64,000 nucleotides of DNA from positions 32,001 through 96,000 of the forward strand of contig CAXXUO010000009.1 of assembly GCA_963666485.2 (NCBI GenBank), read 5' to 3'. Below the pieces are notes generated by a model. That model worked only from the letters and a program-made list of their open reading frames with translations, was not told the origin of the DNA and ran no database searches. Source of the stretch: Syntrophorhabdaceae bacterium (GTDB lineage: Bacteria; Desulfobacterota; Syntrophorhabdia; Syntrophorhabdales; Syntrophorhabdaceae). Position 1 is the stretch's first letter; the number at the start of each line of letters is the position of its first letter. Both the position numbers and the translations under genes were made by a program. This document shows positions 10,044 to 20,283 of the stretch, in pieces.

Positions 10044-11387
10044 ATGAAAAAGATCAAATTTCGTGATGTTACGGCCCGTGAATTTTCCCGCTTCCTCGTC
10101 TTCGGATTATCCATCATTTTTATCGTCTTTCTGCTTTCCTATTACCTGGCTGACCCCCTGCCCCCCGACACCATAACCATGACGACGGGTATCGAAGGTC
10201 TGTCCTATATGAATTTCGGTGCGCGGTACAAAGAGATACTTGCCCGGTCGAAGGTCAAGGTCAGGGTCATCGCGTCCTCGGGGTCGGTCCAGAATTACGA
10301 CCGGCTGAAAGACAAAAACTCGGCGGTTGATGTCGGGTTTGTCCAGACAGGGACGGGATCGGTAAAGGACGCCCCCCATCTGGTCTCGCTTGGAAGCGTG
10401 GCATACAGTCCACTGTGGGTTTTTTACAGGGGCGAGCAGCAATTCGATGATTTTTCTCAGCTGAAGGGTAAAAAGATCGCTATCGGGAGACCCGGCAGCG
10501 GGTTGCGCCGCTTGTCGCTCGAGCTTCTCAAGATTTCGGGGTCTGATTCCTCTCCCACCGTTCTCGCGGACCTCTCCCCCGAGCCCGCATATAAGGCATT
10601 AACTGAGGGCAGGATCGATGTGATGATCGTGATCGGGTCGACAGACAGCAAACTTATCCTCGATATGCTCAATGACCCCCGTGTAAAGCTCATGAACCTT
10701 TCCCAGGCCGAGGCCTATACCCGGCTGTTGCAGGGTCTGTACCATGTCACCCTGCCCCGGGGCGTCGTAAATGTCGGGAAGAGAATACCGGAAACGGACG
10801 TCCATCTCGTGGCCCCCACGACGAACCTCATCGTGCGCAATACCATGCACCCTGCACTCATGTATCTCCTCCTCGACGCCGCCGCGGAGATTCACGGCTC
10901 CGCCGGATGGGTAAGCAAGGCGGGTGAATTCCCTGCCCCCCTGTCCCAGGATTTCCCGTTGAGTGAACAGGCGGAAAAATTCTACAAGTCGGGGCGGCCT
11001 TTTTTCCTCGATTACCTTCCCTTCTGGGCGGCCGTCCTCCTCGACCGGATGGTCAAGGTGTTCCTCCCCGTCCTTGCCGTGATCTTCCCCCTCATGCGGA
11101 TCCTGCCCTGGTTTTATTCCTGGAAGAACCGGTCAAGGATGCGGCGGCTTTACGGTGAATTGAAATTTCTCGAGATCGAGATAGACCGGCAAAACCTGCC
11201 GGGGGACCTTGCCCGCCATGCAGCAGCGCTCGACCGGATCGAGAACGCGGCCACGAGAATAACGGTCCCCGTGAATTTCTATGGTGAACTCTACACCCTG
11301 CGGGAACATATACTGTTCGTTCGCCGGGAATTGGAAAAAAAGGCAGCCGATGCGCAAGACCAGGCCGCAGTGCGGCCTCCTGATTGA
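10044..11387 (+). CDS. TAXI-family TRAP transporter solute-binding protein with C-terminal membrane/helical extension
   Basis: SSGSVQN, DVGFVQ, LKGKKIAIGRPGSG, YLPFWAAVLLDR motifs. Confidence 0.8.
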   Translation: MKKIKFRDVTAREFSRFLVFGLSIIFIVFLLSYYLADPLPPDTITMTTGIEGLSYMNFGARYKEILARSKVKVRVIASSGSVQNYDRLKDKNSAVDVGFVQTGTGSVKDAPHLVSLGSVAYSPLWVFYRGEQQFDDFSQLKGKKIAIGRPGSGLRRLSLELLKISGSDSSPTVLADLSPEPAYKALTEGRIDVMIVIGSTDSKLILDMLNDPRVKLMNLSQAEAYTRLLQGLYHVTLPRGVVNVGKRIPETDVHLVAPTTNLIVRNTMHPALMYLLLDAAAEIHGSAGWVSKAGEFPAPLSQDFPLSEQAEKFYKSGRPFFLDYLPFWAAVLLDRMVKVFLPVLAVIFPLMRILPWFYSWKNRSRMRRLYGELKFLEIEIDRQNLPGDLARHAAALDRIENAATRITVPVNFYGELYTLREHILFVRRELEKKAADAQDQAAVRPPD

Positions 11388-11757
11388 GAACTCCGAAGGA
11401 AAAGTGCTCCTGCAGTTAAGGGATGACAAACCGGGCATCCCCTACCCCAATTGCTGGGGTACGTTCGGGGGACAGGTGGAGGCGAACGAATCCCCTGAAG
11501 AAGCGATCAGACGGGAGGTCAGGGAAGAACTCGACTACGAGGCCTCCCGCCCCGAGTATTTCGGCAACTTCCCGTTTGACGGATACGATATACACATGTA
11601 CCGCGTGGTTGACCCGTGCATCAGGCTCGATACAATACGGGTGAGAGAGGGGCAGCGGGGCGGGTTCTTTTCCCTTGACGAGGTCCGCCAGGTCCCATGT
11701 GCCTTTAATTGCCGCGATATTGTCATCGCGTATTTCGCAAAGTACCATTCGCCGTAA
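11350..11757 (+). CDS. NUDIX hydrolase
   Basis: LLQLRDDKPGIPYPNCW and Nudix box GGQVEANESPEEAIRREVREEL. Confidence 0.9.
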   Translation: MRKTRPQCGLLIENSEGKVLLQLRDDKPGIPYPNCWGTFGGQVEANESPEEAIRREVREELDYEASRPEYFGNFPFDGYDIHMYRVVDPCIRLDTIRVREGQRGGFFSLDEVRQVPCAFNCRDIVIAYFAKYHSP

Positions 11758-11796
11758 GAGCACCGGCAACATACGTATCGCCGGGAGGGAGAAAGC

Positions 11797-12846
11797 ATGT
11801 TCTGGAAAAAGAAGAAACCTGAGGAACCCGCGGCGCCGCAGCCTCAAGCCCCCGCGGACCGCATCCGGGAGATGGCAAACAGGCTGTGCAGCGAGGACAA
11901 TTTTGACGCATTCGAGTCCGAGCTCCTGAAATTCGATCCCGCGGCCCTGAACGAAAATGAAAGGGAATCCTGGTACCACGGTTACGGAGTCGCGGCTTTC
12001 CGCAGGGGCGACCGCCGGCAGGCATTCGAGCGTTTCCAGGAAGGCGTGAGGCAATGCCCCGATTCGGGGGACCTCCATTTTTCTCTCGGGCAGGAGTATG
12101 AACTGCGTGGTGATGTCGCGAACATGCTCGCCTGTTTCGACAGGGCGTTATTCCCCGGCGTGCCGGGAGATTATATCCTGGCCGAGGCCAGGTATGCGTA
12201 CCTGTGGGACCGGACAGACAAGGCATGGTCTTATATCAATTCCCTGCTGCCGGTCTATTTCCAGCTGAAGGTCCTCGACACCACGTTCCTCATGATGCGC
12301 GGACTGCCTCCCTTCGAACAGGTCTTTGCATACCTCGCAGCATTCTCGCAGCTCAGGGACGATTTTACGGCACTCGAGGAGATCACGGAGAAGGCGTCGA
12401 GGATGAGCAACGATCTCAACTGGGAATTTCTCAAGGCAGAGCTCGAGGGTTTTCGATCGGGTGATTTTTCCGCTCTCAAAAAAATGCTTCGGTCACTGAT
12501 CCACGACTGCATTGCGAAACAATTCCCGTACGGGTACCAGGAAATGCGCCTTAACATCCTCCTCGCCCAGGAGAACGCAGACCTTCTGGAGGCCATGGCT
12601 TCGCTCGACTCGGTCTCGCTGACCGCAAATGACTTTCCCTGGCTCGACGACATGCGCCTTCTCGCGAGGTGCGAGATGATGATGAAGGTCAATAACACTG
12701 AAGAGGAGTCGCTTTTGAAAAAACAATTCCTCGAGCGGCAGCCGTTCCTCTTCGAGCCGGACAATGCGGTCAATTTTAACCTCTTGCGGTACCAGGAAAA
12801 TGTGAAGAAGGAATTTCAGGAGACGCGGCTAACGGCTAACGGCTAA
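11797..12846 (+). CDS. TPR-like helical hypothetical protein
   Basis: GGGAGGGAG RBS; TPR-like segment YGVAAFRRGDRRQAFERFQEGVRQCPDSGDLHFSLG; stop codon lies inside the heptamer repeat. Confidence 0.75.
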   Translation: MFWKKKKPEEPAAPQPQAPADRIREMANRLCSEDNFDAFESELLKFDPAALNENERESWYHGYGVAAFRRGDRRQAFERFQEGVRQCPDSGDLHFSLGQEYELRGDVANMLACFDRALFPGVPGDYILAEARYAYLWDRTDKAWSYINSLLPVYFQLKVLDTTFLMMRGLPPFEQVFAYLAAFSQLRDDFTALEEITEKASRMSNDLNWEFLKAELEGFRSGDFSALKKMLRSLIHDCIAKQFPYGYQEMRLNILLAQENADLLEAMASLDSVSLTANDFPWLDDMRLLARCEMMMKVNNTEEESLLKKQFLERQPFLFEPDNAVNFNLLRYQENVKKEFQETRLTANG

Positions 12847-12951
12847 CGGCTAACGGCTAACGGCTAACGGCTAACGGCTAACGGCTAACGGCTAACGGCT
12901 AACGGCTAACGGCTAACGGCTAACGGCTAACGGCTAACGGCTAACGGCTAA
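12826..12951. repeat. Perfect tandem repeat (CGGCTAA)x18
   Basis: 126 bp counted directly, 18 identical units. Confidence 0.97.
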
Positions 12952-13112
12952 CAAAAAAATACTCTTTCTTATTTTTTTGTCTACCGATCTTTTTTTTGTG
13001 AGTGAGTTTTTTTCGTTGGCCACAAGCGGTTTGCGGCTCCTTTACGTCTGTTTCTGCTTGTAAAGCAGTGCAAATCACAGGACAATAATCTTTAAAAGAA
13101 CCCGGAGCGTCC

Positions 13113-15545
13113 ATGATCAACCTCAAAAAGATGCTGGAACCCAAGAATATTGCCTTTATCGGCACGGATGCGGAAGAGGGGCGCGCCGAGACAGTTGTGC
13201 TTACGAATCTGACCGGGGCCGGGACGCGGCGGGTATTTCCTGTCAACCCGAACCGGGAAGAGGCGCTCACAATGCATTGTTTCCGGTCCATATCAGATAT
13301 ACATGAAGAGATCGACCTTGCGGTTATCATGGTCCCCGACGAAAAGCTTGTCGAGACATGCGAAGAGTGCGCAAAAGGCGGGGTCAAGGGGCTCGTCGTT
13401 ATGCCGGCCGGACGAAGGTCGCCGGCGGACGCGTTCGGGACGATACGGTCGGAATTGCTGCGGATGCGAAATACGTACGGAATGCGGATCATAGGCCCGG
13501 GCAGCGCAGGGATCATCCTTCCGAATGAAAAACTGAATGCCAGCCTGCTGACAGACCCGAAACCGGGCGGAACGGCCTTTATTTCCCAGGGGAGTTCCCT
13601 GGGGAACTCGATGTTCCACTGGGGCAACAGCAACAATATCGGCTTCAGTTTGTTCGTTTCACTCGGGTCTATGATAGACGTCGATTTTGCCGATATCATC
13701 GATGTCCTGCAGGAGGATTATTTCACGAAGAACATCATGCTCTACGTGGAGCACATACCCGACGCACGGAAATTCCTGAGCGCCTCGCGCTTTTTTGCCC
13801 GCAACAAGCCTATCGTCGTCTTCAAGCCGGGCCGCTATCCCGAGAGCAGGCCGGCGCTTGTCTCCCACATAGGGCGCGAGACAGGGAATGATGCCGTTTA
13901 TGACGCGGCATTTAAAAGAGCGGGCATAGTCAGGGCAAGGGAAACGGAAGATTTTTTCGATACCGCGAGGATTCTCGTCTCCGGTTCGCTGCCGAGGGGG
14001 CCGAGGCTCGCCATAGTGACCAATTCGGCAGGTCTCGGGATCATCGCGTGTGACATCATCGCCGAGCAGCACGGGCAGTTGGCGCTTCTCAGCGAACAAA
14101 CCCGGGAAGCCTTGAAGAGCGTTCTTCCGGGATCCGCCAATCCGGGCAATCCGGCCGACCTTTCCGGCGACGCGGATATCGAAAGATATCGCAGCGCCCT
14201 GGATGCCATCGTAAAAGACGCCGGGGTGGACGGCATACTCGTCATGTACGCCCCTGCACTCGGGTGCGACCCGGCGGAACTGGGAAAAGAGCTGGCGGGC
14301 CGTGCGCAAAGGACGGCCAAAACGGTCGTCGCTGTCCTGACGGGCGGTGATTATTCCCGTGAAGGAGCCCACGCGCTCACAGATGCGGCGGTCCCTGTAT
14401 ACGACACGCCTGAAGATGCTGTCCGCGCCTACATGTACATGGTCAACTACCGGTGGAACATCGAGCTTCTTCACGAGACGCCGGAAGAGCTTCCGGAAGA
14501 TGAAATGAGACTGGCGAACCACCTCAAGGTGCTCCTCAGGAACGCCGCGCGGGAAGGCAAGGAATGCATCGAAGGCAAAGAGGCCCACAGCTTCCTGAAA
14601 AACTACGGCATACCTGTCATGAAGACGGGTCCCGATAGCGACGGGCAGGCGGAACTCCCTGCGCAGGAATGGGCGTTGAGATCAATGCGGGACAATGATT
14701 TCGGCGCGTTCATCCTCCTTATTTCGATGAGTTCCGGCGGCACCGCCGCAAAGGGCTTTGCCGTTGGTTTGCCGCCCCTGAACCAGGCCCTTGCACGGCA
14801 CCTGATGGAGCAGGCGCAGTTCACCGCAGCACATAAGGACCTCGCGCTCAACATGGAGACCCTGATCGTACGTTTTTCCAACCTCGTTACGGACTTCCCG
14901 GAAATAAAGGAGGTCGAGATAGAGACCGCGATCATGCGGGATAACACGGTCTGCGCGCGCAGCGCGGCGATCTATGTCGACGCGGCATACAAGAAAGGGG
15001 TCATCCACTATCCGCACCTTGCGATCATGCCCTACCCGTCACGGTACGTCATGCCCTGGAAGCTCCGGGACGGCAGGCCTGTCACCGTACGCCCCATCCG
15101 CGCAGAAGACGAGCCGCTGATCAAGGCAATGATGGGCGAATTGTCCGAGGAGACCTTGCGGGTCCGTTTCTTTGTCGTTCCCAACTTCACCCACCTGATG
15201 CTCATGAAATTCTGTAATGTCGATTACGACAGGGAGGTCGGAATAGTTATCGAACTCACCGAAGGCGGAAAAAGGCAGATCATAGGCGGCGGCAGGCTTA
15301 TCGTCGAGGCGGATACGGAAAGCGGCCAGTTCGCCCTCCTTATATCCGACAGTTTTCAGAAACAGGGCATCGGGGAAAAGATACTCGACATCCTGATCGG
15401 AATTGCGCAGGACAAATCCCTTCGCGAGATATACGGTATTGTACTCACGGAGAATGCAAAGATGCTCGGCCTCGCCGCCAAGATGGGGTTCAAGCCCCAG
15501 AGGCTCCCCGACGGAATTACACGGGTGAGCCTGGCGCTCGATTAA
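13113..15545 (+). CDS. Bifunctional acetate-CoA ligase family / GNAT protein (Pat-type lysine acetyltransferase), ATP-grasp region shortened
   Basis: CoA-binding N-terminus (VFPVNP, IDLAVI, MRIIGP), AFISQ, RLAIVTNSAG, NPADL, HLAIMPYP, and a C-terminal GNAT (VRPIRAED, CNVDYDRE, QKQGIG). Confidence 0.88.
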   Translation: MINLKKMLEPKNIAFIGTDAEEGRAETVVLTNLTGAGTRRVFPVNPNREEALTMHCFRSISDIHEEIDLAVIMVPDEKLVETCEECAKGGVKGLVVMPAGRRSPADAFGTIRSELLRMRNTYGMRIIGPGSAGIILPNEKLNASLLTDPKPGGTAFISQGSSLGNSMFHWGNSNNIGFSLFVSLGSMIDVDFADIIDVLQEDYFTKNIMLYVEHIPDARKFLSASRFFARNKPIVVFKPGRYPESRPALVSHIGRETGNDAVYDAAFKRAGIVRARETEDFFDTARILVSGSLPRGPRLAIVTNSAGLGIIACDIIAEQHGQLALLSEQTREALKSVLPGSANPGNPADLSGDADIERYRSALDAIVKDAGVDGILVMYAPALGCDPAELGKELAGRAQRTAKTVVAVLTGGDYSREGAHALTDAAVPVYDTPEDAVRAYMYMVNYRWNIELLHETPEELPEDEMRLANHLKVLLRNAAREGKECIEGKEAHSFLKNYGIPVMKTGPDSDGQAELPAQEWALRSMRDNDFGAFILLISMSSGGTAAKGFAVGLPPLNQALARHLMEQAQFTAAHKDLALNMETLIVRFSNLVTDFPEIKEVEIETAIMRDNTVCARSAAIYVDAAYKKGVIHYPHLAIMPYPSRYVMPWKLRDGRPVTVRPIRAEDEPLIKAMMGELSEETLRVRFFVVPNFTHLMLMKFCNVDYDREVGIVIELTEGGKRQIIGGGRLIVEADTESGQFALLISDSFQKQGIGEKILDILIGIAQDKSLREIYGIVLTENAKMLGLAAKMGFKPQRLPDGITRVSLALD

Positions 15546-15574
15546 ATACCGGAATCCTTACCGGACAGAGCCGG

Positions 15575-18115
15575 CTAGAATAATTTCCTCTGTGCTATCC
15601 TCTTCTGCTCGGCCTCCAACACGGAAAACTCGGATCCAACCCTTTTCAGGTCATCCTCGCGCTTTTGCATCGCGGCCCTGTTGCGTGCATCTTTTTCCGG
15701 GGAATCTTTGGCCTTGTAATAATAGTCCTCCAGGAACCGCTGGTATTCCTCGTATGCCAGGCCTCTGTCCACGTCCTTCTTTACATAACGCGACATGAGA
15801 TTCAAGACCTGTTTATGAACGGCCTCGAATTGGCACATTCCCGTAAACATCCGCTGAAGGTTTTCCTGCGAAACCGGCTTGCCCATCCTGATCAGGAACA
15901 GGGTGTCCTTGATCTTGCCCTCGTGGCCGCTGTAAAAATTCTCGTCCATGTGCCCCCAGAACATCCACATCCATTCACCCCAGGAGTTGCTGTGATCGAG
16001 GAAATACTTTATACCCGCATTCTGCATCGCTGACCGCAGGGTCCTCTTTGCTTCACTAAACCCGTAATTTTTATTGACCTCATTTCTCATTCGATCTATT
16101 GACCGGATAAAAACATTCAATTGTTTCTCTATTTCTTTGCGCGAACTTCCTTTTTTGTACATTGTACAGGATGCGCCGGGTACCAGCTGATCGAAGCATT
16201 GCTCTTTCTCGCATGAACTGAGCTCCTTCTCGAGCTGATTCTTTTTCAAGGCCAGCATGGAATTCCCCATCTTAATATTGTCTGCCTTTTGTCGGGCCTC
16301 TGCGTTATCCCGGGATCTCGCTTCCAGGTCCCTGACGGACTGTTCCTTGTCGCGTAATTCGTCGCTGACCCTTTTCAACTCGTCGGCTTTCGGTTGGCAT
16401 ACCGTGCACGAGGTCTTCTTCTGCGGGCATTTCTCGTCGATGCATTTCTTCAGCGCTATGCGATCGTCCCTGATAGTTCCGCTCAGGGCGGCAAGCCGCT
16501 GCTTTATCCCTCCCACAGAACTATTTTCCGCTTCGATCCTTTCGATCTGGGCCTTTAACGTATTCGCCCTGATGAGCGGAGGCCATGTGTCGCGCATGAA
16601 CGCCGAGAGATCCTGTCGAAGCTCGGAATCGAGCTGCGTCGAACAGAGCATACCGTATAAATACCAAGCCGTTGCTGCAACACGGTAGGGTGCATCAAAT
16701 ATTCCCGCCGGGGCGGAAACGCCTGTAGATGCATAGACAAAAGACTTCATATTATCTGCAAATTGCCGGTCATTTTTGTAAATTTTTTGATATATTTTAT
16801 CGATATCTTTCCGGGCCCTGGCAAGTTTTCCCTCTTCGATGACCAGCTGCTCTTTTAACTCGTACGCCTGCTTTTCCCGGGTTATGGTTATACGGTCCGA
16901 TTCATTTTCGAAATAACGCTGTTCATCTGTTTTCCTGCCGATGTCATCGGCAAGGGACTGGCAGGCAGGACATTCGTTCGGCATCGTATTCCGCGGCTTG
17001 TCGCCGTCTTTCGAACATTTTTCCTTTGTCAGTGCAACGTTAATGGCCAGTGACCCTGCCAGTGCAGGAAGCCGGCCATTTATGTCCGTCAGGGCAGAAC
17101 CCCAGTCATTGTAACTGCCCGGGTAAAATTTAAAGGAGGATATCGAGCATTTTGCCTTGACCATGCAGTCGATCATGTTTTTTCTCGCGGAGCGCAGGCT
17201 GGCCAGGACATCCTTTCCGGTATAAAACCGTTCGAAGATAAGCTGTGTATCCTGATAAGAGGCCGTCAGGACCTTGTCTTCGGCTGAGGCCTGCCTGGTG
17301 AGCTGATCAATGAGAGCCCTTGTCTCTGCCAGTTTTTGGCTTGAATACGCCTTGAGGACGCGACCGACGATCTTTCCAAGACTGTTGATATGCGCATTGA
17401 AATCGACCGGTTTTCGCGAGTCCATGTTCAGCAGGTCTTCCCGCAGCCTTCTTATTTCCCTGTATCCATCCACGGTCTCACTCTTGACCGACATCCATTC
17501 CTTCGTAAGTTTCCTTATCCCGGAATCGGAGGACGTCTCACCGAGGTTCATCATCTGGTTCGTGATGCTGTCCAGGTTATTCACAATATTTGCGGCATTG
17601 TCATACCATGCGACCAGGTCCTTCCTGTCCCTGTTCGGGTATTTTTTCGGGTCAACGGCATTCTTAATGCCGTCCATAAAGGACGCCAGGTCAAACATGA
17701 CGGAACCAAAGCTATGCAAAGCACTCTGGAGGGCGAGTAAACGAAACTCTTCCTTTAACCGTATATCGGTCAAATCCCTGTCACCCGTTTTGCATGCATG
17801 GTCGCCACGTTGTGCCGAGCCGGCCTCGAGAAGCCATTTCAGCATATCATCGAGCGCCATCTCGGTATTGATCATGCCCTGTATTAAGTCGTTCGCCGCC
17901 GCGCAATTCATCCGGGGACATTCCGTGCCGCCGCATTTCCCGACGGTCGACGATATCTTGTCTATCTCGGACTGTATCTGTTTCAGGTCGGTATTGCCGG
18001 GAGGGCCAAATGGTCCCCCGGCTGACGCAAGGACAGGAAGAATGGTCAGCAAGAGGGCAAGCAAGAAGCGGAAAAACCATACCCTGCAATGACCCCAAGA
18101 ACGGATACCAAGCAT
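15575..18115 (-). CDS. Secreted Cys-rich coiled-coil hypothetical protein
   Basis: 846-aa ORF, GAGGTG RBS, signal peptide, paired Cys clusters flanking long coiled coils. Confidence 0.75.
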   Translation of the reverse strand: MLGIRSWGHCRVWFFRFLLALLLTILPVLASAGGPFGPPGNTDLKQIQSEIDKISSTVGKCGGTECPRMNCAAANDLIQGMINTEMALDDMLKWLLEAGSAQRGDHACKTGDRDLTDIRLKEEFRLLALQSALHSFGSVMFDLASFMDGIKNAVDPKKYPNRDRKDLVAWYDNAANIVNNLDSITNQMMNLGETSSDSGIRKLTKEWMSVKSETVDGYREIRRLREDLLNMDSRKPVDFNAHINSLGKIVGRVLKAYSSQKLAETRALIDQLTRQASAEDKVLTASYQDTQLIFERFYTGKDVLASLRSARKNMIDCMVKAKCSISSFKFYPGSYNDWGSALTDINGRLPALAGSLAINVALTKEKCSKDGDKPRNTMPNECPACQSLADDIGRKTDEQRYFENESDRITITREKQAYELKEQLVIEEGKLARARKDIDKIYQKIYKNDRQFADNMKSFVYASTGVSAPAGIFDAPYRVAATAWYLYGMLCSTQLDSELRQDLSAFMRDTWPPLIRANTLKAQIERIEAENSSVGGIKQRLAALSGTIRDDRIALKKCIDEKCPQKKTSCTVCQPKADELKRVSDELRDKEQSVRDLEARSRDNAEARQKADNIKMGNSMLALKKNQLEKELSSCEKEQCFDQLVPGASCTMYKKGSSRKEIEKQLNVFIRSIDRMRNEVNKNYGFSEAKRTLRSAMQNAGIKYFLDHSNSWGEWMWMFWGHMDENFYSGHEGKIKDTLFLIRMGKPVSQENLQRMFTGMCQFEAVHKQVLNLMSRYVKKDVDRGLAYEEYQRFLEDYYYKAKDSPEKDARNRAAMQKREDDLKRVGSEFSVLEAEQKRIAQRKLF

Positions 18116-18282
18116 GTCTCACCTCGCATTGACGTGGAATAAGAAGGATGGTATCACCCTGACAGTTTTTTGTCTAACATTCGTTTTACTTCCCAATTGC
18201 TGACCGGGCGGCAATTCCCGTTGACGTGCATCGGGCCCATGGTGTAGATAAAAAAGGTCAAAATCATTCGGAACGGGGCATT

Positions 18283-19104
18283 ATGAGCGATCAGGAAATA
18301 AAAGACAAACTTCTGAGGATCATCTCCGATATCGCGGAGGGACATTACTCCAATGAGATCATGGAACTGACGCGGCATGACGTGCCGGACACGGCCCGGA
18401 CGATCGCTGAAGCCGTCGCACTTATGATGGTCAAGGTCGAGGCCCGCGAGTTCAGGCTGCAGCAGCTTGTCGACGAGTTAAAAAAGCTCAACGAAAAGAT
18501 AAGGAAGAACGCGATAGACGTGGTGACGGCAATGGCGCAGGCGCTGGCGGCCCGGGACACGTACACCGAGGGCCACACGTCGCGCGTCGCCGGGCTCGCA
18601 TACGATATTGGCCTTCAGATGGGCCTGGGAAAGGAAGATGCCGAGTACGTCCGTCTTGCCGGCGCCCTGCATGACATCGGCAAGATCGGGTTCCCTGACG
18701 AGCTTTTCGGCGAACACGAGGCGAGACTTCCGGGAAAACTGGTCAAGCAGATAAACCGGCACCCCGCGATCGGGGTGAAGATCTTGAAGCCCCTTGACTT
18801 CCTCGGGCCTGCCATAGATTATGTCGCCGCCCATCACGAGCGGCTTGACGGAAAAGGATATCCCCGGGGGCTCAAGGCGGATGAGATCCCCCTCGGGGCG
18901 CAGATCGTCTCCGTGGCGGACATTTACGATGCAATTACGTCCGAACGTCCCTATCAAAAGACAAGGACACCCGAAGAAACACTGGCGATTCTCCACAGCA
19001 TAGCGGGGACCCGCGTGAGGCCCGACGTCGTCGACGCCCTCGAGCACGTCCTCAAGGCGCAGCAGGAAACGGCACCCGATAGGACATCACCCTGTCTTTC
19101 GTGA
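18283..19104 (+). CDS. HD-GYP domain phosphodiesterase
   Basis: YTEGH, LHDIGK, HHERLDGKGYP, ADIYDA, RPYQ. Confidence 0.9.
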   Translation: MSDQEIKDKLLRIISDIAEGHYSNEIMELTRHDVPDTARTIAEAVALMMVKVEAREFRLQQLVDELKKLNEKIRKNAIDVVTAMAQALAARDTYTEGHTSRVAGLAYDIGLQMGLGKEDAEYVRLAGALHDIGKIGFPDELFGEHEARLPGKLVKQINRHPAIGVKILKPLDFLGPAIDYVAAHHERLDGKGYPRGLKADEIPLGAQIVSVADIYDAITSERPYQKTRTPEETLAILHSIAGTRVRPDVVDALEHVLKAQQETAPDRTSPCLS

Positions 19105-19218
19105 GATGTTGACAAAATGCGAAATCTGTAATATTAGTCGCTATATATAGGGGCCAATACATCCGCCGGAGCCCGCTGTCCGGACAGGTCATCGTTGGCC
19201 ACCGATATGGAGAACGAC

Positions 19219-19617
19219 ATGTCAGCGCCATCGCTTCTGGTCGGGCTCTTCTTTATTGTCATTCCCACACTCGCCATTATCGCCCTGTACATGTTTGCCC
19301 GTTTCTATCAAAAACGGATGAAGGAGGACAGGCCGGATGCGGCGAAGGTCTGGCGGGCGGTAACAGCACGGATAACAGCTGCCGGCGTCGAAGAGGCGAT
19401 GCGAGACCGCCTTGAGGACACTGCATCGTACTACCCGAGCATACAATTCGAATACACGTACGGGAGCCGCGAGTATAAGGGCACGCAGGCGATCGGCAGG
19501 CCGGACAATGTCATCTCCCGCGCCTGGGAGACCCTGTCGCGCTACCCCGTAGGAAAAGAGATAACGATATACTGCAACCCCGACCATCCCGGCGAAGCCC
19601 GGTTGTGGATAAAATAA
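19219..19617 (+). CDS. DUF3592-like membrane protein
   Basis: N-terminal TM, W..V.A.I, YYPSIQFEY, YPVGKEITIYCNPDHP; start after GGAG (alternative 19207). Confidence 0.7.
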   Translation: MSAPSLLVGLFFIVIPTLAIIALYMFARFYQKRMKEDRPDAAKVWRAVTARITAAGVEEAMRDRLEDTASYYPSIQFEYTYGSREYKGTQAIGRPDNVISRAWETLSRYPVGKEITIYCNPDHPGEARLWIK

Positions 19618-19737
19618 TATCCCCCCCCAAGTTTTCAGGCCCGATCTTTTGCCGGCCCCCGATAATTGTCATTGATATTTACATAAGAGAATTACCTGCG
19701 GTAGAGTGTATCAGAGAATGAAAGGAGGGGAAGGTAC

Positions 19738-20145
19738 GTGAGAATATTCCTGATGCTGCTCATATGCATCACACTGGCGGCATGTTCCATGATGCCGCGC
19801 CAGGCAAAGGACGGCGATTTCCTGACGAAGCACGTATCGGCGAACGCGCCCGTGACCGAAACATACGCGAACTGGCAGCAGGGCCTGCGGTACTGCGGTT
19901 TTGAAAAATACGGGTTCCCCGACTGCAAGTCCCCCGATGCGAAAGGGGCCGTCTCGTGCGACATTTATCCCAACAAGGAATCGATGGGCAAAGCGGGCAT
20001 GGTAACGGGCAGGATACAGTTCTCCGGCGCATCCCCGGGGACAAAAGCAGTGCTGCGCATACGGAAAAATATAGCGAACAATGAAGAGATACTGATGGCC
20101 TGGGAAATATTCATGTCCGGGCGAGCGCGAGAGGCATGCCCGTAA
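19738..20145 (+). CDS. Lipoprotein, hypothetical
   Basis: GTG start after AGGGGAAGG; lipobox LAAC. Confidence 0.7.
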   Translation: MRIFLMLLICITLAACSMMPRQAKDGDFLTKHVSANAPVTETYANWQQGLRYCGFEKYGFPDCKSPDAKGAVSCDIYPNKESMGKAGMVTGRIQFSGASPGTKAVLRIRKNIANNEEILMAWEIFMSGRAREACP

Positions 20146-20221
20146 ACCGGTGAGGCCTTCAAACGAGGCCCGTCGAAACAGATCAGTAACAAAAATCTTT
20201 TGTACATTGTTAAGATTCTTT

Positions 20222-20270
20222 TTGACAAATTTCTTCTTTCGTATTATAAAAGACAAATAAGGTCTTTTTA
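20222..20270 (+). promoter_or_regulatory. Sigma-70 promoter with overlapping inverted repeat (candidate Rrf2 operator)
   Basis: TTGACA (20222)-N17-TATAAA (20245); AAAAGAC-N7-GTCTTTT at 20248-20268. Confidence 0.65.
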
Positions 20271-20283
20271 GGGTGATATAAGG

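Noticed and set aside
12826..12951. CRISPR array
   Set aside because: Contiguous 7-bp units with no spacers, and no cas genes in the window.
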